DNA from: Candidatus Cryptobacteroides sp.
Lineage (GTDB): Bacteria; Bacteroidota; Bacteroidia; Bacteroidales; UBA932
Assembly: GCA_045627265.1 (NCBI GenBank)
Contig: JAZQNI010000066.1
Span: forward strand, 160-64,159
Reading direction: 5' to 3'
Length of the DNA: 64,000 nucleotides
Shown: piece after piece, positions 9,417 through 19,244 of the stretch
Layout: each line of letters starts with the position of its first letter
Numbering within the stretch: the stretch's first letter is position 1
Notes under the pieces: generated by a model
The model's database searches: none
Seen by the model: the letters and a program-made list of their open reading frames with translations, nothing else
Told to the model about the DNA's origin: nothing
Program-made: the position numbers and the translations under genes

Positions 9417-11435
9417 ATGGCGGTTCTTCAAAAACTTCGCACAAAGTTCGGAGCAGCGGTTTCAATCATCGTAGCAATCGGACTTTTGTCATTCATTATC
9501 GATCCATCCTCTATCGATTCTGCAGTTTCTTCGATGTCTTCCAAATATGATGTCGGTGAAATCGGAGGAAAATCAGTTTCATATACTGATTTCCAGGAAG
9601 AAGTCGAGCACTTCTCCACAGTCAATGAGATAATGACCAACTCATCAGTAAAGAATGAGCAGCAGCAGGCCCAGATCAGGAATTCTGCTTGGCAGAGCTT
9701 CATCGACAAGTTCCTTTTCATCAAGAATGCAAAGGCTGCAGGTTTCAATGTCGGCGACGCCGAGATGGTTTCCCTCACTACCGGTGACATGGTTTCTCCT
9801 ATCATCTCACAGAACTATGCATTCATGAACGAAGAGGGCGTGTTCGATCCTCAGGCTGTTGCAGATTTTGTTCAGAATGTCAATTCAGATGAATCCGGAA
9901 GGCTCAAGGTTTACTGGGATTATCTCCAGAATTCCATCTTCGCACAGCAGTTCTATGCAAAATACGGATCACTCTTCTCACAGAGCGACGTTCAGAATCC
10001 TCTTATGCTCAAGAATGCGATCGCTGAAAACAACAATACCACCAACGTTGATTTCGTAATGGTTCCTTTCGGTTTCGAACAGGATTCAACGGTTGTAGTT
10101 TCAGGTGCTGAGATCAAGGATTTCTACAACAAGCACAAGAATTTCTTCAAGCAGCCTGCAAGCAGGGATATGGAATATGTCGTATTCGAGGTCAAGCCTT
10201 CTGAGTCAGACATCACTGCCACCAACGAGGAAATGTCAGAACTTTACGAGGAATTCGCTACTACAGAAAATGTCAAGAACTTCCTCATGAAGAATTCAGA
10301 CCGTCCTTATTCCGAGTACTGGTACAAGGCCGGCGAGCTCAAGACTGTATCACAGGCAGTGAGCGATTTCGTGGATGCGTCAGCACCAGGCCAGACTTCC
10401 ACAATCATTTCCGAAGGCAACACATTCTACGGTGTCAAGGTTCTTGCTGAGACCATGCGTCCTGAGAGCATCAGCATCAGGGTCATCTCTGCAAACGATG
10501 CAACCGAAATCAATGACGAGCTCATCTCACAGCTCAGAGTCAATGCTCCTTTTGCAATGACCCAGAGCAACACAGTCCCTGGATGCGAGAAGCTTTTCGA
10601 TGCCAAGATCAATACTCCTGAGTTCATCAACACCACCATGTACGGCAAGCTCCTCGCTGAGGTTGTCGAGAAGGCAGAGCCGGTTAAGATGAAGCAGGTG
10701 GCCATCTATGAGAAGACTCCTCTTGCAAGCAAGGAGACATTCAACCAGTACTACTCACAGGCCAACAACTTCGCGACCATCGCAAAGACCAAGAGCTACA
10801 AGGAAGCCATCGATGAACTTGGCGTTTACTCCCATGTGATGGACAATGTGCTCGAAAGCACAGCCAACTATGGCGCGATCGACAATGCCAAGGAGATCAC
10901 AAGATGGGTATTCGACAACAAGCCTGGCAAGGTTTCCGATATCATCACCATCAACAACAACTACTTCTTCATCGCTACCGTCAAGGGAATCCACAAAGAG
11001 GGTTTCGCAAAGGTTGAAGAAGTTGCCAGCCAGATCCGCATGAACCTCTATAGCGAGAAACTTTCTGAGAAGAAGGCCGCTGAGGTTGCAGAGAAGATCG
11101 CCGGTCTCAACACTCTCGAAGAGATCGCTGCCGCTCTCAACACGACAGTCAGCTCACAGAGCGATGTCACCTTCTCTTCAATGAAGGGCCAGGGTCTCGA
11201 TCCTGCATTCATCGGTGCACTTTCAGTTGCTCCAGAAGGAAAGATCTGCGGACCGGTTGCCGGTGCCATCGGAACATATGTATTCCAGGTTACAGGCCGT
11301 GACACAGGTTCATTCTACACAGAGGATGATGCCAAGAACTATCTTGCACAGAAGAATCAGTACATGAACCAGATGATCCTCCCTGTCATGATGGAAAGCG
11401 CAGGAGTCAAGGACAACAGAGCAAGATTCTATTAA
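9417..11435 (+). CDS. PpiD/SurA-N-domain membrane-anchored periplasmic chaperone
   Basis: MAVLQKLR...IGLLSFII N-terminal TM, VGEIGG, SurA_N-like helices, C-terminal VKDNRARFY. Confidence 0.85.
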   Translation: MAVLQKLRTKFGAAVSIIVAIGLLSFIIDPSSIDSAVSSMSSKYDVGEIGGKSVSYTDFQEEVEHFSTVNEIMTNSSVKNEQQQAQIRNSAWQSFIDKFLFIKNAKAAGFNVGDAEMVSLTTGDMVSPIISQNYAFMNEEGVFDPQAVADFVQNVNSDESGRLKVYWDYLQNSIFAQQFYAKYGSLFSQSDVQNPLMLKNAIAENNNTTNVDFVMVPFGFEQDSTVVVSGAEIKDFYNKHKNFFKQPASRDMEYVVFEVKPSESDITATNEEMSELYEEFATTENVKNFLMKNSDRPYSEYWYKAGELKTVSQAVSDFVDASAPGQTSTIISEGNTFYGVKVLAETMRPESISIRVISANDATEINDELISQLRVNAPFAMTQSNTVPGCEKLFDAKINTPEFINTTMYGKLLAEVVEKAEPVKMKQVAIYEKTPLASKETFNQYYSQANNFATIAKTKSYKEAIDELGVYSHVMDNVLESTANYGAIDNAKEITRWVFDNKPGKVSDIITINNNYFFIATVKGIHKEGFAKVEEVASQIRMNLYSEKLSEKKAAEVAEKIAGLNTLEEIAAALNTTVSSQSDVTFSSMKGQGLDPAFIGALSVAPEGKICGPVAGAIGTYVFQVTGRDTGSFYTEDDAKNYLAQKNQYMNQMILPVMMESAGVKDNRARFY

Positions 11436-11455
11436 TAGATAGATCAGATATGCAA

Positions 11456-11490
11456 CAGGCCGACCCTTCAAGGGCCGACCTGCTTGTTTT
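11456..11490. terminator. Intrinsic terminator hairpin between convergent PpiD-like gene and ychF
   Basis: Minus strand CAGGTCGGCCCT-TGA-AGGGTCGGCCTG is a 12-bp stem with two G.U pairs; T-rich tail on plus. Confidence 0.65.
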
Positions 11491-11507
11491 ATTCAGGGAA
11501 AGAATGC

Positions 11508-12608
11508 TTACACGTTGAAGAGGAAATGCATAATGTCTCCGTCCTGGACGACATACTCCTTGCCTTCGACTCCCATCTTGCCTGCTGCACGTACAGCAGC
11601 CTCTGTCTTGTAATTGACGAAGTCCTCGTATTTGATGACCTCGGCGCGGATGAATCCCTTTTCGAAATCCGTGTGGATAACACCAGCGGCCTTAGGTGCC
11701 TTGTACCCTTTCTTGATTGTCCATGCGCGGCATTCGTCGGCACCGGCGGTGAAGAAAGTCTGCAGTCCCAGGAGGTGATATGCACCCTGGATGAGCCTGA
11801 CCACTCCAGACTCCTGCAATCCCATTTCCTCGAGGAACATCTGCCTGTCGTCATAATCGTCCATTTCGGCAATCTCCGATTCAGTCCTGGCTGAAATGAT
11901 CAGGATCTCCGCATTCTCCTCCTTGACGGCCTCGCGGACCATATCCACATACTTGTTGCCGTTCACGGCGGAAGCATCGTCCACGTTGCATACATACATC
12001 ACCGGCTTGTTGGTGAGGAGGAAAAGGTCATGAGCCATGGCTTCCTCATCCTCGTTCAGCAGCTCGACGGAGCGGCAGGAATGCCCCTGCTCCAACGCCG
12101 CCTTGTATCGTGTCAGCAAGTCTGCGAGCTTCTTCGCGTCCTTGTCGCCCGCCTTGCCTGCCTTGTCCGCCTTGCCGAGACGCGCGTCCACGGTCTCGAG
12201 GTCCTTGATCTGCAGTTCGAGGTCGACAACTTCCTTGTCTCGGACAGGGTCTACGCTGCCATCGACATGCACCACATTACCGTCGTCGAAGCAACGGAGC
12301 ACATGAAGGATCGCATCGCATTCGCGTATATTGGCCAGGAACTGGTTGCCGAGACCTTCGCCCCTGCTCGCTCCTCTGACCAGACCTGCGATGTCGACGA
12401 TGTCGACTGTGGCCGGAACCACGCTCTTAGGCTGGCAGATGTCGGCCAGCACCTCGAGCCGCTTGTCCGGCACATTGGTCGAGCCGAGATTAGGCTCGAT
12501 GGTGCAGAATGGGAAATTGGCGCTCTGCGCCTTTCCTGAGCTAATACAGTTGAAAAGAGTGGATTTGCCGACATTCGGAAGTCCGACTATACCGCATTTC
12601 AATGACAT
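11508..12608 (-). CDS. ychF: Ribosome-binding ATPase YchF (Obg family)
   Basis: GIVGLPNVGKSTLFN, NFPFCTIEPN, DIAGLV, GEGLGNQFL, TGS domain (GVIHTDFEKGFIRAE); start moved to MSLKCG at 12608; -7 element TAAATTTG at 12630-12637 (minus). Confidence 0.97.
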   Translation of the reverse strand: MSLKCGIVGLPNVGKSTLFNCISSGKAQSANFPFCTIEPNLGSTNVPDKRLEVLADICQPKSVVPATVDIVDIAGLVRGASRGEGLGNQFLANIRECDAILHVLRCFDDGNVVHVDGSVDPVRDKEVVDLELQIKDLETVDARLGKADKAGKAGDKDAKKLADLLTRYKAALEQGHSCRSVELLNEDEEAMAHDLFLLTNKPVMYVCNVDDASAVNGNKYVDMVREAVKEENAEILIISARTESEIAEMDDYDDRQMFLEEMGLQESGVVRLIQGAYHLLGLQTFFTAGADECRAWTIKKGYKAPKAAGVIHTDFEKGFIRAEVIKYEDFVNYKTEAAVRAAGKMGVEGKEYVVQDGDIMHFLFNV

Positions 12609-12690
12609 ATCACATAATTTTTTGCAGCGCAAATTTACGAATTTTATCATTCTTATGAGAATTTACGCGGACATATTGCATATTGGCGGG

Positions 12691-13644
12691 ATGAAAAAGT
12701 CATTGATAACAGCGGCGTTGTCCCTGCTTACGATCATCAGCCCAGGCCAGGGGAAGCAGGCCGATATAAGCATCGTGTTCTGGAATCTTGAGAATTTCTT
12801 CGATTTCGTGGATGGAGGCACGAGCGACAGCGATGCCGAGTTCTCCGCTGCAGGAGCGCGCCGCTGGTCCAAGCGCCGCTTCTATGCCAAATGCGGCTGC
12901 ATTGCAAAGACGCTTTTCTACATATCGGATGAAGCCGGCGGCATGCCGGACATCGTCTGTTTCGCGGAAGTCGAAAATGCTTTTGTACTGCGCAGCCTTC
13001 TCAGCACGACCAACCTCAAGAAATATGACTATGAAACGGTCCACTACGACTCTCCGGACCCCCGGGGCATAGATGTGGCCCTGCTCTACCGCAAAGACCG
13101 TCTGGAGGCCCTGGAAACGGCTCCTGCGGCCATCCCTGGAGTTGTCACGCGGGATATACTCTATGCCGGCCTGCGCACTCCGGAGGGGGACAGCCTCGCG
13201 GTGCTGGTCAACCACCATCCGTCCAAGTTCGGAGGCAAGGCGGCCGATCCGCGCCGGCGCGCCGCAGTACAGCGCATGGCCTCGTTGGCCGATTCGCTGA
13301 GCGTGGCCGGATGGAGCAGCATCGTCTCGCTGGGCGACTTCAACGATACGCCCGACTCCGACATCTACGAGCCCCTTGAAGGCCGCTGCATCAACCTTTC
13401 CGCCCCCGCCGCGGCGCGCGGAGAAGGTACAATACGATTCAATGGCCGATGGGAGCTCATAGACCAATGTTTCGTGTCCCCAGGACTGGCCGCCAAGGCG
13501 GATTTCCGCATCTGCCGCATCCCCTTCCTGACCACGCGGGACAGCGCACACTCCGGCGAAAAGCCCCTCCGCACCTATCAGGGCCCGCGCTACCTCGGAG
13601 GGGTCAGCGACCATTATCCCATTTTGGTGCATATCAGAATGTGA
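12691..13644 (+). CDS. Secreted endonuclease/exonuclease/phosphatase (EEP) family protein
   Basis: Signal peptide from MKKSLITA (12691), WNLENFFD, AEVEN, DPRGIDVALLY, NHHPSK, GDFND, IDQ, SDHYP. Confidence 0.9.
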   Translation: MKKSLITAALSLLTIISPGQGKQADISIVFWNLENFFDFVDGGTSDSDAEFSAAGARRWSKRRFYAKCGCIAKTLFYISDEAGGMPDIVCFAEVENAFVLRSLLSTTNLKKYDYETVHYDSPDPRGIDVALLYRKDRLEALETAPAAIPGVVTRDILYAGLRTPEGDSLAVLVNHHPSKFGGKAADPRRRAAVQRMASLADSLSVAGWSSIVSLGDFNDTPDSDIYEPLEGRCINLSAPAAARGEGTIRFNGRWELIDQCFVSPGLAAKADFRICRIPFLTTRDSAHSGEKPLRTYQGPRYLGGVSDHYPILVHIRM

Positions 13645-13720
13645 TATTGTCCAACTTTTGTTATATTTGTGAATCCGGTGATCCGGAAACCACGGAACAA
13701 TAACATAAACATCCAATAAC

Positions 13721-14869
13721 ATGAAAGCTACAATCGCAGCAAAATTCAAGGAGATCTATGGTGCTGAAGGTGAATTCTTCGCATCTGCAGGACGAATCAA
13801 CCTCATCGGTGAACATACCGACTACAATGGCGGATACGTGTTCCCGGGAGCAATAGACAAGGGGATCATGGCGGAGATCAAGCTCAACGGCACAGACAAG
13901 GTCAGGGCATTCTCCATCGATTACAACGAGGCTGTCGAGTTCGGTCTCAACGAAGAGGACAAGCCGGCACAGAGCTGGGCCCGCTATATCTTCGGCGTAT
14001 GCCGCGAGACGATCAAGAGAGGCGGCAAGGTCGCAGGATTCGATACCGTATTCGCAGGCGATGTCCCTCTCGGAGCAGGTCTTTCTTCATCCGCTGCGCT
14101 TGAGAGCACATTTGCTTTCGCAATCAACGAGCTCAACGGCAACGGCATCGACAAGTTCGAGCTTGCCAAGATCGGCCAGTCCACGGAGCACAACTACTGC
14201 GGCGTCAACTGCGGTATCATGGACCAGTTCGCTTCTTGCTTCGGCAAGGCAGGATGCCTTATCCGCCTCAACTGCAAGACATTGGAATACAAATACTTCC
14301 CATTCGATCCTGAGGCAGCCGGCTATAAGCTCGTCCTTCTCGATTCCTGCGTGAAGCACGAACTTGCTTCATCCGCATACAACAAGCGCCGCGCATCCTG
14401 CGAGAACGCTGCCGCCGCCATCCGCAAGAACCATCCTGAGGTCGAATTCCTCAGCGACGCCAAGAGAGTATGGCTCGAGGAGGTCCGCGCAGAGATTCCT
14501 GAGGAGGATTTCCTCCGCGCCGAGTATGTGATCGGTGAGGTCCAGAGAGTCCTCGATGTCTGCGACGCCCTCGAAAGAGGCGACTATGAGACCGCCGGCG
14601 AGATGATGTACCAGACCCATTTCGGCATGAGCAAGCTCTACGAAGTCAGCTGCGAAGAGCTCGACTTCCTCAACAAGCTCGCACGCAAGATGGATGTCAG
14701 CGGATCACGCGTCATGGGTGGCGGATTCGGCGGATGCACCATCAACCTCGTCAAGAAGGAACTCTACCAGCCGTTCGTGGATGCCGCCATCGAGCAGTTC
14801 ACTGCCAAGTTCGGCCACGCCCCGAAGGTTTACGATGTCGTCATCAGCGACGGCGCCCGCAAGCTGTAA
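13721..14869 (+). CDS. galK: Galactokinase
   Basis: GRINLIGEHTDYN, PLGAGLSSSAA, CGIMDQ, GSRVMGGGFGGC; -7 element TATATTTG at 13662-13669. Confidence 0.97.
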   Translation: MKATIAAKFKEIYGAEGEFFASAGRINLIGEHTDYNGGYVFPGAIDKGIMAEIKLNGTDKVRAFSIDYNEAVEFGLNEEDKPAQSWARYIFGVCRETIKRGGKVAGFDTVFAGDVPLGAGLSSSAALESTFAFAINELNGNGIDKFELAKIGQSTEHNYCGVNCGIMDQFASCFGKAGCLIRLNCKTLEYKYFPFDPEAAGYKLVLLDSCVKHELASSAYNKRRASCENAAAAIRKNHPEVEFLSDAKRVWLEEVRAEIPEEDFLRAEYVIGEVQRVLDVCDALERGDYETAGEMMYQTHFGMSKLYEVSCEELDFLNKLARKMDVSGSRVMGGGFGGCTINLVKKELYQPFVDAAIEQFTAKFGHAPKVYDVVISDGARKL

Positions 14870-14896
14870 TATCTTTATTGGAATATATAAATAAAT

Positions 14897-14921
14897 AAGG
14901 CTGGCCCCATCGGCCAGCCTT
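14897..14921. terminator. Intrinsic terminator hairpin between convergent galK and the PUL left arm
   Basis: AAGGCTGGCC-CCATC-GGCCAGCCTT perfect 10-bp stem; A-rich 5' flank gives a U-rich tail on minus. Confidence 0.75.
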
Positions 14922-14946
14922 CCGCATATTATAGATCCTTTAGAAA

Positions 14947-16635
14947 CTAATCTACGTCAGTGCCGTTGAGCTCGGCGTCCATCATCATCCAGATGGTCAT
15001 GACGCGGTTGGTGCAGTTGATCCAGATGGTGCGTCCTTTGTCCCTCTCGCGGCTCACGACCTCCCAGTGCGTGTTGCTGCGGCCTGTATTAGGGTCCTGG
15101 GCGATGGTGCATGCATCTGCAAGTGCCTTGGCCTTGGCAAACGCCAGTCTGTCGCCCGTCGCATGATACTGGGCCAGGAAGGCCTTGACCATGTTGGCGG
15201 CGCTGGCATCGATAGGGGTCTGGTACTGGTACTGCTCGAAGACGCACGGGCTCACGGACATCTTGAAGCCGTCCGCATATTTCAGGTGATCCCAATAAAC
15301 GAACTGGTCCTCGGCTAGCGCCATCATGTCGCGGCACAGCTCCCTGTTCTCGTCGGTCAGTGCCATGTTTTCGTAGATATACTTGGCATAGAATGCATAT
15401 GTGACGTTGGTGAGGTTCTGGAATGGCTTCAGCCCGTTCACGCCCACATCCTCGAACTGTCCGGTAAGGTCGAACCGTGGGATCGCGACCTCGAACATCC
15501 ATTTCTCGGTCAGTGCGGTATTGTCCCGGAATTCGGTGCAGCCGTACTGCTTGTCAAACCTGCGCCAGAGCTCCAGAAGCGAATATGGCGAAGCCTTGAC
15601 GCCGTTCACCGGCTCTCCGGTCTCCTCATACATCTTGATAGGGAACGACCCGTCCTGTCCCTGGATGCGGCAGTAAGTCCGGGCGATGGCCAGGGCCTCG
15701 TCGTAATACTTGTTTTCCGCCGTGGCGTCGAACAAGTCGAGATAGGCCTTCGCCGCCAGCGTCGGCTCCATGGTCATCGTCTGTCCGGCGTTCTCGACCG
15801 CAACACGGATGAAATCCTTGTAATATGTCGGCGGGAAGTGGGCCAGAGGCTTGTCTTCCCCCTGTGCGACGCTGATCATGAAATCCGCGACTTTCCTTGC
15901 GACCGCGAGGAATTCCTCCTTCCTCCCTGGAATCAGCTTGGCCAGATTGACCTCGAGCTGCACGGTTCCGCCGCCAGTCTTGCACACATAGCTGTTGTGC
16001 TTGAACGAAGGGTCCGGAGTCCCGTTCTCCATCCAATAACTGATGAATGGCAGCGTGTGCACATACATACCCGCCATCCTGGCAGCTTCCAGATACGGCC
16101 TCACCGCCTCGTGGTATGGTCCGTGGAACGGGAAGTCCCTGAGGAATTTCCGCGCTCCGACTGCGCCGATGACATCCCCGTTGCCGTCAAGTGCCTCGAC
16201 GAGGAGGGCGACGTTCCCGGCCGGAATCTCCGACCAGACAGGGGAGAGATCGGCCTTCGGGCTGGCGGCCGTGAAGGTCCATGTGCGGCCCTCCTTCATA
16301 TCGGGAAGTTTGCCGAGCATCTCCTCCAGCGTCGGCACGCTCATGCCGGCACGGAAATATTTCTTGTGCCCGTCGTTGATGTCGTCGATATATTTGACGG
16401 TGAACCGGTATGCGGCTGCACCCTCCTTCTCCTCGAAGTCGAAAGCCGGCGCATAGGTGAACTTGTACGCGAATTCGTTCCAGAAAGGCATCTTCCCCTG
16501 GTAGCCGGAGCGTATGGGGGTCAGATATTCCTGCGCCGCCTGGCGGTTGAGCCTGTCATAATCGAGCTCGCCGCTTTCCGAGCAGGAGCAGAGGACGGCC
16601 ACGGTGGCCATCAAGAACATCCTGAAGCTTTTCAT
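14947..16635 (-). CDS. Uncharacterised lipoprotein with probable (alpha/alpha)-barrel (six-hairpin glycosidase-like) C-terminal region
   Basis: True start MKSFRMFLMATVAVLCSC at 16635 (lipobox); helical repeats LDLFDATAENKYYDEALAIA...QGQDGSF and AQYHATGDRLAFAKAKALAD...QDPNTG; the 5' extension in the ORF track overlaps the upstream gene. Confidence 0.7.
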   Translation of the reverse strand: MKSFRMFLMATVAVLCSCSESGELDYDRLNRQAAQEYLTPIRSGYQGKMPFWNEFAYKFTYAPAFDFEEKEGAAAYRFTVKYIDDINDGHKKYFRAGMSVPTLEEMLGKLPDMKEGRTWTFTAASPKADLSPVWSEIPAGNVALLVEALDGNGDVIGAVGARKFLRDFPFHGPYHEAVRPYLEAARMAGMYVHTLPFISYWMENGTPDPSFKHNSYVCKTGGGTVQLEVNLAKLIPGRKEEFLAVARKVADFMISVAQGEDKPLAHFPPTYYKDFIRVAVENAGQTMTMEPTLAAKAYLDLFDATAENKYYDEALAIARTYCRIQGQDGSFPIKMYEETGEPVNGVKASPYSLLELWRRFDKQYGCTEFRDNTALTEKWMFEVAIPRFDLTGQFEDVGVNGLKPFQNLTNVTYAFYAKYIYENMALTDENRELCRDMMALAEDQFVYWDHLKYADGFKMSVSPCVFEQYQYQTPIDASAANMVKAFLAQYHATGDRLAFAKAKALADACTIAQDPNTGRSNTHWEVVSRERDKGRTIWINCTNRVMTIWMMMDAELNGTDVD

Positions 16636-16649
16636 ATTCTTGCAACCAA

Positions 16650-19232
16650 TTATTTCCTGTATCCGTAGATGAAGCTTGAGAGATAGCCGATGATGAAGCA
16701 GGACATCAGTCCGATGAATCCGTAGAAGGTGGAGGTCACTGCGGTATTCGCGCTGCACCAGAGGAGCACCACTATGCTGCCGAAGAAGCCGGTGAACGCG
16801 GCCCTCGGGCCGATCCTCTTGGTGAAGATACCCATCATGAACAGTCCGCCGAGACCGCTGGTAAGCAGGCCGAGGAAGAAGTTGAACTGATCCCACAGCG
16901 AGGCGATGTCGAAGGTCGCGAGTGCAAGAGCCATGACCACGCCGAGTCCTCCGACGATGATGCCGGCGGTCTTGGCAAACTTGACTTTCTGCTGGTCGGT
17001 GCTCTGCGGCCGCAGCCTTGAGAAGAAATCCACGGACATCACGGTCGTTGAAGAATTGATGTTGGAGGCAAGAGTGGACATCGCAGCAGCGAAAACCGCC
17101 GCGATCAGCAATCCGGCGATACCGGCCGGCAGCTGGCACATCATGTAGTGAGGGAATATGGAGTCCGTGTTGGTCATTCCGACACTGAGCATGCCAGGAT
17201 TCTGCTTGAAGAACACATACAGTCCGGTGCCGATGCCGAAGAACAGGAACGTGATAGGCACGGTCAGGATACCGTTGAGCCAGAGTCCTTTCCTGGCACC
17301 TTTATCATCCTTGACCGTGAGGTATTTCTGTACCACAGACTGGTCGCTTGTATAGGTCAGGAGCTGGTTGGCGAATCCGCCGATGAGTGCCACCCAGAGC
17401 ACAGGCTGGGTCAGATCCCACCTGAGGTCGAAGATGTGGAACTTGCTTTCGTCGATCGCGATCGTCATCATCTTTCCGAATCCTCCGTCGATGCCATGGA
17501 TGATCCATACCAGCGAGAGCAGGGCGCCGCCTACGAGCAGGAAGCCCTGGATCACGTCACCCCATACGACAGCCTCTATACCGCCCATGGTGCAATAGAT
17601 GATGGTCACGACACCCATGAGCACGATGCAGAGGTAGACATTGATGCCGGTGACGGCATTGAGCGCGAGTGACGGCAGGAAGAGCACGATCGCCACACGG
17701 GCGAACATGAACAGGCAGAAGAATGCGGATGCCAGATATCTTACCGGGCTGCTGAAACGCTCCTCGAGGTACTGGTAGACAGATGCCACGTTGAGCTTCT
17801 TGATGAGCGGCAGATAGAAGTTGATGACCACCGGCACGATCATGATGATGGTCATGTTGAACATGAACATCTTCCAGTCTGCGGCATATGCCTTGGCCGG
17901 GATCGACAGGAAGGTAATTGCGCTGAGCGCCGTGGCGAAGATGCTTATGCCGGCCGCCCACCAAGGGATGTTGCCGCCTCCCTTGAAGAACTTCTCCGTG
18001 CTGTTGTTCTTCCTGCTGAAATAGAATCCGATGCCGAGCATGCCGAGGAGGTAGAGGATCACCACGGCATAGTTGAGCCAGCCGAATGAGACTTCGTCCT
18101 TGATATCGAGCTCCGTGATGGCGCTGCTCCTGACGCCTGGGCTCTGCTCACCGGAGACGAGCACAACCTTGTCTCCCAGCATGATGCCGGTCGTGACGGC
18201 GGGCAGACGGAATTCTGTGGTTGCGAGCTCTGTCCAGGTGTCTGTAATCGCGTGGTAGGCATACACCTTGTCCGAGAATCCCTGATGTCCCGTGAATGCC
18301 GCCGCTAGTTCGGCGCGCAGGCTGTCCGCGGCCGCGGTGTCACCGGCTTCCGCTATTTCGGCGTTCAGATTCTCGCGCCTGATGAATTCCACGCCGTCGT
18401 CACCTCCGAACGTGAGTACGTGCGCGGAGCCATAGCTCATGGATGTGCCGTACATGAGGTTGAATTCCTTGCCATCGTATGCGAATGCCGCCTTGCGCTC
18501 CCAACTGTCGCGCAGCGGCAGGTATTCCCAGACATGGTCGGCAATGAACAGGCCGTCCTTGTCCGTGCCGCGGCCGCCTATGAGATACAGGGCCGCTTCC
18601 TTGCCGTTGTGCTGGTATGCCAGCGAGCTGCCTTCCGACAGGAGCCTCTCCGGGCAGCCGGCCAGCCTGGTCCACTGCATCGATTCCGGAGTGAGCTTGT
18701 ACAGCGCATTGGCGCCTTCCTGCGAACCGTGGAGGTAGATATGTCCCTTGTATGTCGTTGCGGCGTTCGCCTTGAATCCTTCAGGAAGCTTGCCGACGCA
18801 CTCCACGCCGCATGACGAGCCGTTCTTCGTTATCTTCAGGATATCGCTGCTGCTGCCTTCCGCCGTCTGGCCTCCGAAGCAGAACAGGGCCTTTCCGCTC
18901 ACGGCGCTGCATCCGCCGGCCATGCCATATGGGAGGACCGCGCCCTCCACCTTGGTGCAGCTGTATCCTTCTGCGGCCTTGGTAAGCAGCCAGATGCCGT
19001 CAAGGAAGGACTTGCTGCCGCCTTCCCATGGTCTTAGCGTCAGGAAATCCGATCCGCCGGCAATGATGGCGGTATTGTTGTCCAGCGCTCCGATGAATGC
19101 TCCGGCTGTGCCGTGACCTTCGCCGAGCGGGAATTCCGCGGCCTTTGATGCCTTGACCGTCGTTGCCTGCAATGACAGGTTTGAAGAGAGGAGTACGGCC
19201 GTAAGGACGTACCGTATGATTTTCTTTATCAT
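16650..19232 (-). CDS. Fusion of a Kelch-repeat (NanM-like mutarotase) domain and a sodium:solute symporter (SiaT-like)
   Basis: Signal peptide, then Kelch blades (IIAGGSDF, LFCFGG, LYLIGG, VLTFGGDD, VSGEQSPGVRS); from ~18090 SSS motifs FFKGGGNIPWWAAGISIFATALSAITF, YQYLEERF, GGIEAVVWGDVIQ, DQSVVQKYL, AAAMSTLASNINS. Confidence 0.9.
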   Translation of the reverse strand: MIKKIIRYVLTAVLLSSNLSLQATTVKASKAAEFPLGEGHGTAGAFIGALDNNTAIIAGGSDFLTLRPWEGGSKSFLDGIWLLTKAAEGYSCTKVEGAVLPYGMAGGCSAVSGKALFCFGGQTAEGSSSDILKITKNGSSCGVECVGKLPEGFKANAATTYKGHIYLHGSQEGANALYKLTPESMQWTRLAGCPERLLSEGSSLAYQHNGKEAALYLIGGRGTDKDGLFIADHVWEYLPLRDSWERKAAFAYDGKEFNLMYGTSMSYGSAHVLTFGGDDGVEFIRRENLNAEIAEAGDTAAADSLRAELAAAFTGHQGFSDKVYAYHAITDTWTELATTEFRLPAVTTGIMLGDKVVLVSGEQSPGVRSSAITELDIKDEVSFGWLNYAVVILYLLGMLGIGFYFSRKNNSTEKFFKGGGNIPWWAAGISIFATALSAITFLSIPAKAYAADWKMFMFNMTIIMIVPVVINFYLPLIKKLNVASVYQYLEERFSSPVRYLASAFFCLFMFARVAIVLFLPSLALNAVTGINVYLCIVLMGVVTIIYCTMGGIEAVVWGDVIQGFLLVGGALLSLVWIIHGIDGGFGKMMTIAIDESKFHIFDLRWDLTQPVLWVALIGGFANQLLTYTSDQSVVQKYLTVKDDKGARKGLWLNGILTVPITFLFFGIGTGLYVFFKQNPGMLSVGMTNTDSIFPHYMMCQLPAGIAGLLIAAVFAAAMSTLASNINSSTTVMSVDFFSRLRPQSTDQQKVKFAKTAGIIVGGLGVVMALALATFDIASLWDQFNFFLGLLTSGLGGLFMMGIFTKRIGPRAAFTGFFGSIVVLLWCSANTAVTSTFYGFIGLMSCFIIGYLSSFIYGYRK

Positions 19233-19244
19233 GATGAGATTGTG

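Noticed and set aside
16636-17139. N-terminal 168-aa extension of the 730-aa ORF, and similar extensions of the EEP, mutS, GH25 and ychF ORFs
   Set aside because: They overlap neighbouring genes or promoters; downstream ATGs give proper signal peptides or conserved N-termini.
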